Counted from the stretch's first letter, positions 30,376 through 41,563 are shown. The stretch is 64,000 nt of DNA from an uncultured delta proteobacterium (GCA_963755715.1 CAVWLW010000074.1:108164-172163), one strand, 5' to 3'. Numbers and translations: made by a program. Notes: generated by a model not told the origin, from the letters alone.

Positions 30376-32581
30376 CTATTTGGAAAATTCTCGAAAACTG
30401 TTCGCGAAGGAAGTTGTCAAAGAAAAGTCTTTGACCATCGCTTTGGCGAATTTCCACGGGCGGATCTGCCAGAGCTTCAACTGGCGCAGATCCAACAGGG
30501 TCTGCGACCAGATGCGCTGCAATTCCTGGCGCGAGTAAACGATTCGGTTGTTGAGGACATCGAACTTGATCAAGCTTAACTGCGCTTTCGACGGCAAATG
30601 CCCGCGCAGCCGCGTATAAGCGTCCTGCCATACCTGGATGCGGTCGCCCAGTCGGATGCCGGCCTGGATGCTGTGAATTTCATCGAGCACGCGGCGCGCC
30701 GCTTCGCTCTCGCACGGCCGCAATTCTTGGATTTTTAGGCGCAAATGTTCCCACTGCTTCAAGAAGCGATTGAGATCGCTGCGGTTGTAAACGACCCGCG
30801 AGGAGAGATCTTCCAATTGCTCGAGTAAAGTGCCGGCGCGTTCCGACAAACTGCCCTTCGCGCTGGTGTAGAGATTTTGAATTTCACCGATCTTGAGCGC
30901 TTGCCAGATGTCGGTTTGAATTTTTTGGATTTGCTCGATCCAGCGTTCCTCGGTCTCGCTCCGCTTGCGTGTTTGCAACCAGACCTCTTCCATTTCTTTG
31001 AGAAACTTGGCCCAGGTGATGAGCAATGCGGTTGTTTCTTTCGAACGTTTCCATAGATGGACCGGCAGCGAATCGACGGCGAAGCCCGAGCGGCGGGTCT
31101 TGCGGTCTTTTAGGCGGAAAAAGCCGGCGACCATGGGATGCTGTTTTTCGATGAGCGCGGCATTTTTATACCAAAAAAAGATCGACATCAGGTTCCAATA
31201 GTTCTTCGGCGCATTGGTCCAGTGGGCCAGAGTCTTGATCATGTTTTCTTTACTGTAAAACGCTTTCCAAGCATCCTCATAAGCTTCGGTCCATTCGTCC
31301 GCCGTCATGCGCGGATGCTCGATGGTGGCATGAAACGAGTCGCGTTTGTTGAAGTCCGGGTCCATCCATTCGCCGCGCTTTTTCATTTCGCGGTGATCGT
31401 GCGATCCGGGAAGAGGCGTCAGCATAAAAAACGAAGCCTGATCCGGACCGACTTCGTCCATCAGAAAGCGAACGTCCTCGGCGACTTGCGCCTTCGAATC
31501 CCACGGCAGGCCGATGATGTAGCCCGTGTGCACCAGCACGCCGGCGTCGTGCCATTCCTTGATAATACCGCGGTACTCTTCGACCTTGTTCTGCTTCTTG
31601 CCTTCGGCTTCGAGGTTTTGCGGGTTGACGCTTTCCATGCCGATAAACACCTGGGTGCAACCGGCTCGGGCGGCGAGAGGAACAAAGTCCTTCGGCTTTT
31701 TTTGCCAGATCCACTTGCATCATGAACGAGACATCGAGCCCTTCCTCGCGCAGCTTGATGATCTCTTCGAAGGTTTCGCGCCAGAGCTTTTTGCGCGCGA
31801 AATTATCGTCGGTAAAGAAATAGAAGGATAAGCCGTGATCTAGATAATTCCGCCGCATCATGGCGGCGATGCTCTGCGGGCTGCGCTCGCGCATCTTGCG
31901 TCCCTGAACGTTGATGATCGTGCAAAAGGTGCACGCAAACGGACAGCCGCGCGAAGTATCGGCGGTGGCAAAACTCGGATAGGCGAAGTGTTCCATTGTT
32001 TTCGCGCTGGTCTGGGGCAGCGGCGCATCTTCGATATCGACGAGATTTTGCAGGTCCTGCGCGAAGCTATAAAGCGGCTTCAATCGGTCGTGCAGATAGT
32101 CGGCGAGAATGCCTTCCCATTTTCCCTCGACTTCGCCGGAAACGATGCAAATGCCCTCGCGATAGAGCTCTTGAATGTCGGGCTCCTGATCGCTCAGCAT
32201 GTTGATCGTGCCGCTGGTGTGAAAGCCGCCCATGATCACGGTGATTCCCTCGGCTCTGAAAATTTTTGCCATGTCCATGGCGCGGGGAAATTGATTGGTT
32301 TGGACGCCGACCAGGCAAACGAGCAATTTAACGCCCGGCGCTTTGCTCCAGCTGATAATTTTTGCCGTCGGCACTTTTTCGGCGGTTTCATCGAAAGTAG
32401 TAACGTCGATCGGCAGGGTTCCGAAAACGCGCCGCGTCTTGATGTCTTCGGTCAGGCCATGGAGCACGTTCAAAGTGTTGCTCGGCAAGACGCCTTTCCA
32501 AAAACGGATCACGTAACCTTCGTCGTCGTATTTGGACGGTTTGATTAATACGATATGAAATTTTTTTATGTGATCGAGCAT
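30376..32581 (-). CDS. cobalamin-binding radical SAM protein with long helical C-terminal extension; frameshift at homopolymer near 31700
   Basis: RGCPFACTFC, FFTDDNF, FIGMES; N-terminal domain with IMGGFH. Confidence 0.85.
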
Positions 32582-32734
32582 CGGTCCCGTCGCCTCCCGA
32601 GTGCTTGTAAGTTGCTGGCGCATCTTTTATAGATAGCGAGAACACACAAGGTCATTCACTCTAACAACCGCCTCCCTTCATGTCAAGATAAAATCAAAGT
32701 TAAATAGCGATTCTCGCAGCGGAATTTTGCATTT

Positions 32735-33415
32735 TTGATGATCCAGGTTTTGCACCTCTCGAAAATCTACGGGCCGAACCGGCGGGCATTAACCGATATC
32801 AATTTAACAATCGCCAAAGGCGAGCTTGCCTTCATCAGCGGCCCGAGCGGCGCAGGGAAATCGACCTTGCTCAAGCTGCTCTTTCGTGAAGAGGAGCCGA
32901 GCGAAGGGCAGATATTGATCGACGGTAGCAATATCACGCGCTTGCCCAGCCGCGGCGTGGCTCAGTTCAGGCGAAAGATCGGCCTGATTTTTCAGGAGTT
33001 CCGGCTGTTGCCGCATTTGACCGCGCTCGACAACGTCGCCCTCGCCGCGCAGGTGATCGGCGTGTCGAAACGCGAGAGCCGAACCAAAGCGTACCAGTTG
33101 TTGGGCGAGCTCGGCTTAAAGGAACGTTACGACGCCAAACCGTTCACGCTCTCGGGCGGCGAGCAACAACGCGTGGCCATCGCGCGTGCCCTCGTCAATG
33201 AGCCGACCTTGCTGTTGGCGGACGAGCCCACCGGCAACATCGACGAAGAAACCGCCGGGGAAATCATGGGACTGCTGGTGCAGATTCGTGATCGAGGCGC
33301 GACGATCCTGATCGCGACGCACGATCGCCAAATCATCCGACGTTACGGCAGCCGATTAATCCTTCTGGACCACGGGTTCGTAGTCGACGATCTAGCGCAA
33401 GGGAGCGGCCGATGA
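32735..33415 (+). CDS. ftsE: cell division ATP-binding protein
   Basis: [22 protein letters not shown]; followed by ftsX-envC. Confidence 0.92.
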   Translation: MMIQVLHLSKIYGPNRRALTDINLTIAKGELAFISGPSGAGKSTLLKLLFREEEPSEGQILIDGSNITRLPSRGVAQFRRKIGLIFQEFRLLPHLTALDNVALAAQVIGVSKRESRTKAYQLLGELGLKERYDAKPFTLSGGEQQRVAIARALVNEPTLLLADEPTGNIDEETAGEIMGLLVQIRDRGATILIATHDRQIIRRYGSRLILLDHGFVVDDLAQGSGR

Positions 33416-34335
33416 AAATATCATTGGTCGGTTTGGTGTTTCGTCAAGTGGGAACTAGTTTTCGCCATCTATTTTGGACTCATGTGCTGACCGCGGCGAC
33501 GATGGCGCTCACGCTCTTCAGCTTCGGCGCGTTCATGCTTTTGCAGACCAATTTGGAATATCTGCTCAAGGGCTGGGGCGATCAACTCCAAATCACCGCC
33601 TACTTAAATAACGGTCTCGCCGAGCCCCAAGTCGACGCGTTGATGCAGCGGATCGGGGCGATGCCGGAAGTGGCGCGGGCGCGGCATATTAGCCACGCCG
33701 AGGCGTGGCGCGATTTTCAGACGGCCTTGGGTGCGCAATCGGGGTTGTTGGACGGCTTGCCGCGTGATGTTTTGCCGGCATCGATTGAAATCACGATCAA
33801 GCCGGAAAATCGCAACGAGAAAATAATCGGGCAGCTCGCCGCGCGTCTAAAAGACGACAACGACATTGCCAGCGTTGAGTATCCGCAAGAGTGGGTCGAG
33901 CGGTTGGAATTGGTAGTGCTCGGGGTCGGGTGGGCAAAATGGATTTTGGGCGGCGTGTTGTTCTTGGCGACTTTGTTTATTGTTCGGAGCACGGTCAAGC
34001 TGGCGCTCTTTGCGCGCAAAGAAGAAGTCGAGATCATGCAACTCGTCGGCGCATCGGAAGAGTTGATCCAGGCGCCCTTCGTACTCGAAGGCATGATCCA
34101 AGGGCTTATTGGAGCGGGCGTTTCTCTCGCGGCGTTATGGGGAGTATATTCCCTTTTGCAAGACCATATGCCGACCATCGGCTTTTTTTTGGCACCCTTC
34201 GGGCAATTGCAATTTTTGGCTCCGCATCACATCGCCCTGCTCGTTGCTACAGGTTGGCTGTTGGGTTCGGCTGGTAGTCTTTTTTCGCTGCGGAGGTTCA
34301 TTAAAACGTGGCATCCTTCGAGCGCGAAATTCTAA
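33412..34335 (+). CDS. ftsX: cell division permease
   Basis: four-TM layout; EVEIMQLVGA...PFVLEG. Confidence 0.92.
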   Translation: MKISLVGLVFRQVGTSFRHLFWTHVLTAATMALTLFSFGAFMLLQTNLEYLLKGWGDQLQITAYLNNGLAEPQVDALMQRIGAMPEVARARHISHAEAWRDFQTALGAQSGLLDGLPRDVLPASIEITIKPENRNEKIIGQLAARLKDDNDIASVEYPQEWVERLELVVLGVGWAKWILGGVLFLATLFIVRSTVKLALFARKEEVEIMQLVGASEELIQAPFVLEGMIQGLIGAGVSLAALWGVYSLLQDHMPTIGFFLAPFGQLQFLAPHHIALLVATGWLLGSAGSLFSLRRFIKTWHPSSAKF

Positions 34336-35480
34336 TTTCATGTGTCGCCCTATTTCTAGCGATTCCGGGACCGGCGCGGGCGGCGCAGTCTAATCGCGAC
34401 CTCGAGGGCATCAGGAAAAAAATCGAAAATGAAAAAAAAAGCCTTTCTCAACTTCAGGTCAAGGAAGGCTCGGTGCTTCAAACTCTGAGTAAAATTCAAA
34501 CCGACCTCGAAAAGCGCCGCAAAGAGTTGAGTTTGGCCACTACCAAGCTGGCGTCTCTCGCCGATGAGCTGCGCGCTCAGGAGTCCGAGGCCGAGCGGCT
34601 GGGCGACTCGATCGCCGCGCGGCGGGATATCTTGCAAAAACGCGCGGCGGCGCTGTATCGCTGGCAAAAGGGCGGCAGCCCGCTGATGATTTTCAACGGC
34701 GCTGTCTCGCTCGGCAGTTTCTTGCACCGGCGTAAATATCTATCGACGGCGATCTCTTTTGACCGCGAACTGCTCGCGAACCTGCAGGAGGAAAGCCAGC
34801 ATCAAGAGATCTTGCGCGAGCGTCTGGCGCGCAAACAGGCTGAATTGAGCGAGCAAAAAAAAACCCTCAGCCTTGCTCAGGCATCGGTGCGCCAAGAGGC
34901 GGAGAAAGAAAAATTATTACTGGCCAGTCTACGCCGGGAAAAAACCACGCGGCTGCGCGCTTTGCGCGAGATGGAAGCGGCGGCGCAACGGCTCGAAAAA
35001 ATGATGGACGAAATCGCCAGGCGCGCAATGATCAAACCGAGACAGCCACCCTCGGCGCCTTCAACCGGCGTGGGGCTGGAGGCGTTGCGCGGCAAATTGG
35101 ATTGGCCGGTGCACGGGTCGGTGAGCGCGCCGTTTGGCAAATATAAGCATCCGGAGTTTGCCGGCGAGATATTTCGTAAAGGGATCGATATCGACGCGCC
35201 GATCGGCGAAGAGATCAGAGCCGTCGAAAAGGGCACCGTAGTTTATGCCGATCGGTTTTCCGGCTATGGTAAAATGGTGATCGTAGACCATGGCGAGCGT
35301 TACTATACAATTTACGGCCATCTTTCTGAAATAATTAAGAAATCTGGGGATGAAGTCAGGCGCGGCGAGGTCGTGGGCCGGGCTGGTGACAGCGACTCGC
35401 TGGCGGGCTCGAAGCTTTACTTTGAAATGCGCAAAGACGGCCGCTCCCTCGACCCGGTGCCGTGGTTCAAGAAGCAATAG
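34308..35480 (+). CDS. envC: murein hydrolase activator (coiled coil plus degenerate M23)
   Basis: long coiled coil; WPVHG, KGIDI, YGHL, LYFEMR. Confidence 0.88.
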   Translation: MASFEREILISCVALFLAIPGPARAAQSNRDLEGIRKKIENEKKSLSQLQVKEGSVLQTLSKIQTDLEKRRKELSLATTKLASLADELRAQESEAERLGDSIAARRDILQKRAAALYRWQKGGSPLMIFNGAVSLGSFLHRRKYLSTAISFDRELLANLQEESQHQEILRERLARKQAELSEQKKTLSLAQASVRQEAEKEKLLLASLRREKTTRLRALREMEAAAQRLEKMMDEIARRAMIKPRQPPSAPSTGVGLEALRGKLDWPVHGSVSAPFGKYKHPEFAGEIFRKGIDIDAPIGEEIRAVEKGTVVYADRFSGYGKMVIVDHGERYYTIYGHLSEIIKKSGDEVRRGEVVGRAGDSDSLAGSKLYFEMRKDGRSLDPVPWFKKQ

Positions 35481-35542
35481 CTATTTTATTTATCTTGCGA
35501 TAAACTCCGGGTTGTCCAGCACTCTTTTCGAGGAGACATACG

Positions 35543-36916
35543 ATGCGAATGGTTCGTAAACATGGAGCGCCGTTTTTGCTCTTGGTCGTCGGGATTGCTT
35601 TGGGATTTTTTCTTTCCGCCCATTGGGTGCCCAACGTCTCCGCCGTCGGACGGCAGGATTACGAGAGCTTGGAAGCTTTTAGCAACATTCTCTCGATCGT
35701 TAAGAAAAATTATGTCGACGACGTGCAAACCAAAAGTTTGGTGAGCGGCGCGATCAACGGCATGTTGAATTCTCTGGACCCACACAGCGCCTATCTCACG
35801 CCGGATCTGTACAAAGATCTGCAAAGCGATACCCAAGGTCGCTTTGGCGGACTCGGCATTGAGATTACCGTCAAGGGCGGCATTCTGACCGTCGTCTCAC
35901 CGATCGAAGACACGCCCGCGGCCAAAGCCGGTATCAAGCCGGGCGATCAAATCTTCAAAATCGAGGAAGAATTCACCAAAGACATGTCGTTGGTCGACGC
36001 CGTGAAAAAAATGCGCGGCTTGAAAGGCACGAAGATCAATTTGACGATCAAGCGCGAGGGTGTCGCCGACCTTTTGGACGTGACGATGGTGCGTGACGTT
36101 ATTCGCGTGCAAAGCGTGCGCAGCCGCACCTTGGAACCGGGCTACGTTTATATCCGTCTAGCGCAATTTCAAGAGCGAAGCGACCGTGACATGCAAAGGG
36201 CGCTGGAAAAGTTGGCGGCGGAAAAGGGCGGCATCAAGGGACTCGTGCTCGATCTGCGCAATAATCCAGGTGGCCTGTTGACCCAAGCCGTGCGCGTCTC
36301 GGATATGTTTTTGGAATCGGGCTTGATCGTTTACACGGAAGGGCGCATCGACTCGCAGAAGCAGAAATATTTTGCCCAAAAAGACGGGACTTGGACGGAT
36401 TTTCCGATCGTGGTTTTGGTCAACGGCGGCAGCGCCAGCGCGTCGGAGATCGTCGCCGGTGCTTTGCAGGACCACAAGCGCGCGGTGGTGCTCGGCACGA
36501 AAACTTTCGGCAAGGGCTCGGTGCAAACGATTCTGCCGCTCGATGACAACTCGGCGTTGCGCCTGACGACCGCGCGTTATTTCACGCCGAACGGCCGCTC
36601 GATCCAGGCAACCGGCATCGTGCCCGATATCAACGTCGACAATGCGCCGACCCAGGAGGGCAAGCCTGACGCGCCCAAGCGCCCCGGCTTACGCGAAGAG
36701 AATTTGCCGGGCCATCTGCAAAATCCGGTGCCGTCGCCGGAGCCAAGCTCTCAACCTCAGCCGCCGGATAGCGAAAAGGAGAAGGAGAAGCAAATCCCGT
36801 CTTCCGGGCCTACCGGCGACGAGACCATCGACAACGATACACAGTTGAAGCGCGCTCTCGATTTATTAAAAAGCTGGGATGTATTCAAACAAGTCGTGCA
36901 AAAAAAGGCGGCCTGA
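35543..36916 (+). CDS. ctpA: S41 carboxyl-terminal protease
   Basis: LDPHS, PDZ GLGI, DLRNNPGG, SASASE, FGKGSVQ. Confidence 0.93.
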   Translation: MRMVRKHGAPFLLLVVGIALGFFLSAHWVPNVSAVGRQDYESLEAFSNILSIVKKNYVDDVQTKSLVSGAINGMLNSLDPHSAYLTPDLYKDLQSDTQGRFGGLGIEITVKGGILTVVSPIEDTPAAKAGIKPGDQIFKIEEEFTKDMSLVDAVKKMRGLKGTKINLTIKREGVADLLDVTMVRDVIRVQSVRSRTLEPGYVYIRLAQFQERSDRDMQRALEKLAAEKGGIKGLVLDLRNNPGGLLTQAVRVSDMFLESGLIVYTEGRIDSQKQKYFAQKDGTWTDFPIVVLVNGGSASASEIVAGALQDHKRAVVLGTKTFGKGSVQTILPLDDNSALRLTTARYFTPNGRSIQATGIVPDINVDNAPTQEGKPDAPKRPGLREENLPGHLQNPVPSPEPSSQPQPPDSEKEKEKQIPSSGPTGDETIDNDTQLKRALDLLKSWDVFKQVVQKKAA

Positions 36917-37002
36917 CATTCGTCGAACTTTGCTCTATTGCCATCGTTTTTTATTAGCCCTCCCCTCGGAGGGCTAATTTTTTTGTGCTACAGCTAATCC
37001 CA

Positions 37003-38241
37003 ATGGCCAGACAGATTGAGCGCGAGATTGATCTACCTCTGTTTGCCGCCGCGACGCGGAAATTCTTGAGCGTCACCGAGCTCAACGAGCTCATCAAAGG
37101 GACTTTGGAATCGCGCCTCGACGCGCTCTGGGTGCAGGGCGAGATCTCCAACTTTCGTGTGCCGCCCTCGGGGCACTATTACTTCACCCTGAAAGACGAC
37201 AAGAGCCAGATCTGCGCGGTAATGTTTCGCCGCCAAGGAGGGGGCCTGCGCTTCCTCCCGGAAAACGGCCTGGCGGTCCTCTGTTTCGGCAAGGTGAGCC
37301 TTTATTCTGTGCGCGGCGACCTGCAGCTTTATGTCGACGATATGGAGCCGCAAGGACAAGGCGCGCTCTATCTGGCGTTCGAGCAGCTCAAGAAAAAACT
37401 CGCGGCTGAAGGCTTATTTGCCCAGGAGCGAAAAAAGCCGCTGCCATTTTTGCCGGCTACGATTGGCATCGTGAGCTCCGATCGCGGCGCGGCTTTGCAC
37501 GACATGCTGCGGATCATTCGTGACCGTTACGCCGACCGGCGCGTCGTGATTCGCCCGGTGCGGGTCCAAGGCGAAGGCGCGGCCAAGGAAATCGCCGAAG
37601 CCATCGCCGATCTGAATTGCTTCGCCGGCGTCGAAGCAATCATCGTCGGACGGGGCGGCGGCTCGTTGGAAGATTTGTGGGCCTTTAACGAAGAGATCGT
37701 CGCGCGCGCGATCTACGCGTCGAAAATCCCGGTCGTTTCAGCGGTCGGCCACGAGATCGATTTTACGATCGCCGACTTCGTCGCCGATCATCGCGCGCCG
37801 ACGCCCACTGCCGCCGCGGAATTCATCCTGCCGCGCAAACGCGATTTGCTCGAGCAGATTCAAGTGCTCGAGCTGCAACTGCTGAAAGAAATGGAGTTCA
37901 AGCTCGAAACGGCGAAAGAAAACTTAAACGCGCTGCTCAAGCGACTGACCGATCCCGGGCGCAAGCTCAGAGAGAATCAACAACGCTTGGATGAGCTGTC
38001 GATCGATTTACTAAGGAGATTTCAAGAGTGCGTGCGCCAAAGTAAAAATAGTTTGGCGGAGCTCGCCGGACGCTTGAGCGCGTTGAGCCCGCTGGCGGTG
38101 CTCGAACGCGGCTACGCGATCGCCCATAAACTGCCAGAGGAGCGGATTGTGAAGAGCGCCGCGGCTTTGCAGGCCGGCGATCTAATCCGCATCACGTTTG
38201 CCGAAGGCCAATCGTTTTGCCGTGTGGAGGAAAAAAAATAA
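37003..38241 (+). CDS. xseA: exodeoxyribonuclease VII large subunit
   Basis: GEISN, RGGGSLEDLWAFN, VGHEID, APTPTAAAE. Confidence 0.96.
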   Translation: MARQIEREIDLPLFAAATRKFLSVTELNELIKGTLESRLDALWVQGEISNFRVPPSGHYYFTLKDDKSQICAVMFRRQGGGLRFLPENGLAVLCFGKVSLYSVRGDLQLYVDDMEPQGQGALYLAFEQLKKKLAAEGLFAQERKKPLPFLPATIGIVSSDRGAALHDMLRIIRDRYADRRVVIRPVRVQGEGAAKEIAEAIADLNCFAGVEAIIVGRGGGSLEDLWAFNEEIVARAIYASKIPVVSAVGHEIDFTIADFVADHRAPTPTAAAEFILPRKRDLLEQIQVLELQLLKEMEFKLETAKENLNALLKRLTDPGRKLRENQQRLDELSIDLLRRFQECVRQSKNSLAELAGRLSALSPLAVLERGYAIAHKLPEERIVKSAAALQAGDLIRITFAEGQSFCRVEEKK

Positions 38242-38242
38242 C

Positions 38243-39166
38243 GTGACAAGATGGGCCGCAGTGATCTTGTGCGCCGGCTGGCTCGTCGGGGCAGTATGCG
38301 TCGATGCGAGCGATACAGCGGCGGTCAAATGGCCCAAGGCGCTCGAACTGTTTCAAGGCGGCTTGAGTGAAATCCATGTGAGCGGCGCGAACCTGATTGA
38401 CGTGAACGGTCGCATGGGCACGACGCCGATTGTTTTCTACCCGAACGGTCCAGGCTCGTTTGCGGCGATCATCGGCGCCGATGTCGAGGCCAAGCCGGGT
38501 TTATCCAAGGTTTTGCTGACGGCGATCGACCGCGCCGGCGCGCAACGCGAGCGCGTGATTCCATTTAGGATCAAAGCCAAGGCGTTCCGCAAGGAATCGT
38601 TCAATGTGCCGCCCAGCTTCGATCAGATGAGCGAGGAGACGCTCGAAGCGATTCGCCGCGAGCAGGCAACATTCGCGCGCGCGTTCGCCTACTCGGTTCC
38701 CGAGCGGCTCTGGGAAGCGCCCTTCGTTCGTCCGGTGCCGCAGGAGGCATCGGCGTCGTCTTTTGGATTTCGCCGCATTATCAACGGCACCCCGCGGGCG
38801 CCGCATAGCGGCACCGATCTCTCCGCGCCGACGGGGACGGAGGTGGTCGCCGCCAATCACGGCCGGGTCGTGCTCGTCGGTAATTTTTTCTTCGCCGGCG
38901 GGAGCGTCGTCATCGATCACGGCGGCGGGCTCTTTACCATGTATTTTCATCTATCGGAGTTTAAAGTCGAAGAAGGCGCGCCCGTGAAAAGCGGCGAGCT
39001 GATCGCTTTATCGGGCTCGTCAGGGCGGGTCACGGGGCCGCACCTTCATTGGGGCGCGCGCTTGGCCAATGCGCGCATCGATCCGCTCGAATTGCTGACG
39101 AGAATATCGGTCAACTCGGAAAACGCAGGCGGTTCCAAGTCGGTTGTTAAGCAAATGGAGAAATAA
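38243..39166 (+). CDS. M23 family metallopeptidase
   Basis: HSGTD and TGPHLH zinc motifs; signal peptide; start approximate. Confidence 0.88.
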   Translation: MTRWAAVILCAGWLVGAVCVDASDTAAVKWPKALELFQGGLSEIHVSGANLIDVNGRMGTTPIVFYPNGPGSFAAIIGADVEAKPGLSKVLLTAIDRAGAQRERVIPFRIKAKAFRKESFNVPPSFDQMSEETLEAIRREQATFARAFAYSVPERLWEAPFVRPVPQEASASSFGFRRIINGTPRAPHSGTDLSAPTGTEVVAANHGRVVLVGNFFFAGGSVVIDHGGGLFTMYFHLSEFKVEEGAPVKSGELIALSGSSGRVTGPHLHWGARLANARIDPLELLTRISVNSENAGGSKSVVKQMEK

Positions 39167-39167
39167 T

Positions 39168-39425
39168 ATGGCGGGTAAAGAATCGCTAAAACAAACTTAC
39201 GAAGCGGCGCTGGAAGACATCGAGCGGATCGTCGAGCAGTTGGAGTCCGGTGAGCTCTCGCTGGAGGATTCCCTCGCTGTCTTCGAAAAAGGCGTCGGTC
39301 TCACCAAGTACTGCTATCAAAAACTCGATGAGGTTGAAAAGAAAATCGAGCTGCTGGTTAAGGACAAAGACGGGAAATTGCGCTTGAAAGCGTTCGAAGA
39401 ACTGCCGGGTCAAGAAGACGATTGA
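39168..39425 (+). CDS. xseB: exodeoxyribonuclease VII small subunit
   Basis: YEAALEDIERIVEQLESGELSLEDSL...FEKG. Confidence 0.95.
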   Translation: MAGKESLKQTYEAALEDIERIVEQLESGELSLEDSLAVFEKGVGLTKYCYQKLDEVEKKIELLVKDKDGKLRLKAFEELPGQEDD

Positions 39426-39471
39426 ACTTACTTATCCTGCAACGCTGTGCCGTTCGGTTTTGATATCGGGT

Positions 39472-39914
39472 TCAAGATTTCTTGTCGCACGTAATGCCGG
39501 AAAGATTTTTTACCTTTCTTTCCATGAACGTGATGAGCTCCAGCTTGGTGGAAAAATTATCGCGGTAGATTGCTTCTCCGAGCGCGATATGGCCGATCCA
39601 TGGTTTTTCCTCATCGTAACGTAACCCGGCCGGAATAATCGGCACCTTCCCGCGCAAATAGCGCTCGGCCGCGCTCGCAATGTTTACGAATCCCGCTTTG
39701 AACGGCAGGAACGATGTGAAAGGGGCGAGGAAGCACTGCACACAGAGCCAAGCCGTCATAAAGATGATGATAGTGGCGCGCGACGATGAGGACCGGGCCG
39801 TGCGCGGGAATGTTCGGCAAATCTGAAGCGACGGTTTTGAAGCGGTTGGCTGCTAAACCGACGCGCGAGCAGGCGCATGGCTGTGTCGATTATAGTTCCG
39901 GTTATGTCTATCAC
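39472..39914 (-). pseudogene. lysophospholipid-acyltransferase-like gene with internal deletion
   Basis: NIPAHGPVLIVARHYHHLYD (HxxxxD-like) jumps near 39712 to FLPFKAGF...VPIIPAG; central FPEG block absent. Confidence 0.65.
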
Positions 39915-39990
39915 GAGAGCACCTCGCGCAAGTTCAATTCGAAAGCCTATATCGAACGCATTGCGGCGACCGAAAAAGGTTGCGAGCGGA

Positions 39991-40473
39991 CTAGCCGCTC
40001 ATTGATTGGCCTGCCGCTCGATCTGCCGATTGGAAAATTTCTTCAAGCACGCGATGGCGGTACTGAAAAATCCGTTCGAGATCGGGCGCAACGAAAAATT
40101 TTTGCACGAGCCGGCCGCCGGGCACGGCATATTCGACTTTGTCGCCAACAAGGGTGCCATTGTCCTTCTCGGTAAAAGTGTGTTCGTGCACCCAGAGCGA
40201 GTAGGGACCTCGGGTCTGGCGATCGATGAAGCGATGGGGCGGCTGCCAGACTTGGATCTCGCTCTGCCAGCGCAGCGGTATGCCCCGCAGGCGCAGCCGA
40301 TAGTCGAGCAAAGTGCCTTCGCGGATTTCGATTGCCGGCGGCGTCAGGATTTCGAAACGGAGCCAATCCGGCGTCAGAGCGCTGGAGATTACGCGGGTCG
40401 GCAAAGAACTTGGAAAATTTGATCGCGCGCTTGGCGGAGCCAGAGTTGAGCTTTCAAATCGATATGTTTTCAT
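39991..40473 (-). CDS. SRPBCC family protein; N-terminal region probably frameshifted
   Basis: TPDWLRFEILTP, IPLRWQSEI, FIDRQTRGPYSLWVHEHTF, IFQYRH. Confidence 0.85.
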   Translation of the reverse strand: MKTYRFESSTLAPPSARSNFPSSLPTRVISSALTPDWLRFEILTPPAIEIREGTLLDYRLRLRGIPLRWQSEIQVWQPPHRFIDRQTRGPYSLWVHEHTFTEKDNGTLVGDKVEYAVPGGRLVQKFFVAPDLERIFQYRHRVLEEIFQSADRAAGQSMSG

Positions 40474-40504
40474 CACGGATTCATTCGAGCCCGCTTGCGC
40501 TGCT

Positions 40505-41468
40505 CTACACATGATTGCGCAGCATGAGTTCCTTAGGGCTCGGCGATAAATAAATCTGCTGGTTCAAATAAGGCGACGTCGTATTTCTTGACATAGTGTT
40601 GGATCAACGTGACCGGCACGATCAGCGGCACCAGTTGCTTGCGGTAATCGCGGATCAATTCCACCAGCTCGCTGCGCTCGGCGGCGGAGAGCCGCTCGGA
40701 GAAATATCCCATCATGTGGTCGAGGACATTGGCGTGTTTTTTGGCGCTGGCGTGAATCGCCAGCGCTTCCATGAAGCCCCGGCCGTATTCCTCGTAGGCT
40801 CCGCGCAAAGGAATTTTTTTTACGTCGGCGACCAGGCGACCGAGCCGGCGATAGTGGCGCTCGCTATGCGCCAGCAGCAAATATTTATGCCGGGTATGAA
40901 ATTCCACCAATGCGCCGGCGGACTTCGATCCCGCCAGGGCTTCCTGCCAACGATGATAGGCGAAAACCCGATCGATAAAATTCTCGCGCAGCGCGGGATC
41001 ATTCAAGCGGCCTTCTTCTTCCACGGGCATCAGCGGAAATCTGGCCATGACCGCGGCGGCGAATAAGCCGCGACCGCGGCGTACCGGCAGGTTCTTCGCG
41101 CCGTAGACGCGCACCCGTTCGACGCCGCAGCTCGGCGAGTTCTTTTTGAACACATAACCGGCGAGCTTTAATTCGACTAATTGCCGCATGCGCACAGCGG
41201 CAAAACGGTGCATCGCGTGCGTCCAATCCTTCCCCGAGCGCTCGGCGATCAGCTGGGGCTTGTCCGGCGGGCCAACCAACCGCAGTGTTTCGCGCGGCAC
41301 ACCCATGCCGACTTCGACTTCCGGACATACGGCAACCCACTCGACGAAACGGCCGAAAGTATCGCTTAGAAAATTATCCCGCTTGTGTGCGCCGTCGTAG
41401 CGAACATTTTGGCCGAGCAGGCAAGCGCTGATGCCGAGCTTCGGTTTGGGGCGATTGGATTCTGTCAT
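40505..41468 (-). CDS. ybgA: YbgA family (DUF523 + DUF1722) protein; frameshift near 40570
   Basis: ISACLLG...VRYDG, CPEVEVG, SPSCG, EEEGRL, RENF; shifted frame ends YLSPSPKELMLRNHV-stop. Confidence 0.88.
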
Positions 41469-41476
41469 GGCAATGT

Positions 41477-41545
41477 ATGATATTAATATCATTTTAATAA
41501 AAAAGTCAATTATACTTGACTAAAACGGCTAATTTGGTAAAAAGA
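41477..41545. promoter_or_regulatory. divergent promoter region with perfect palindrome (candidate operator)
   Basis: ATGATATTAATATCAT at 41477-41492; AGTCAA-TTATAC-TTGACT at 41504-41521 gives back-to-back TTGACT -35 boxes. Confidence 0.65.
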
Positions 41546-41563
41546 AGGTGATTAGGAGCTCAT

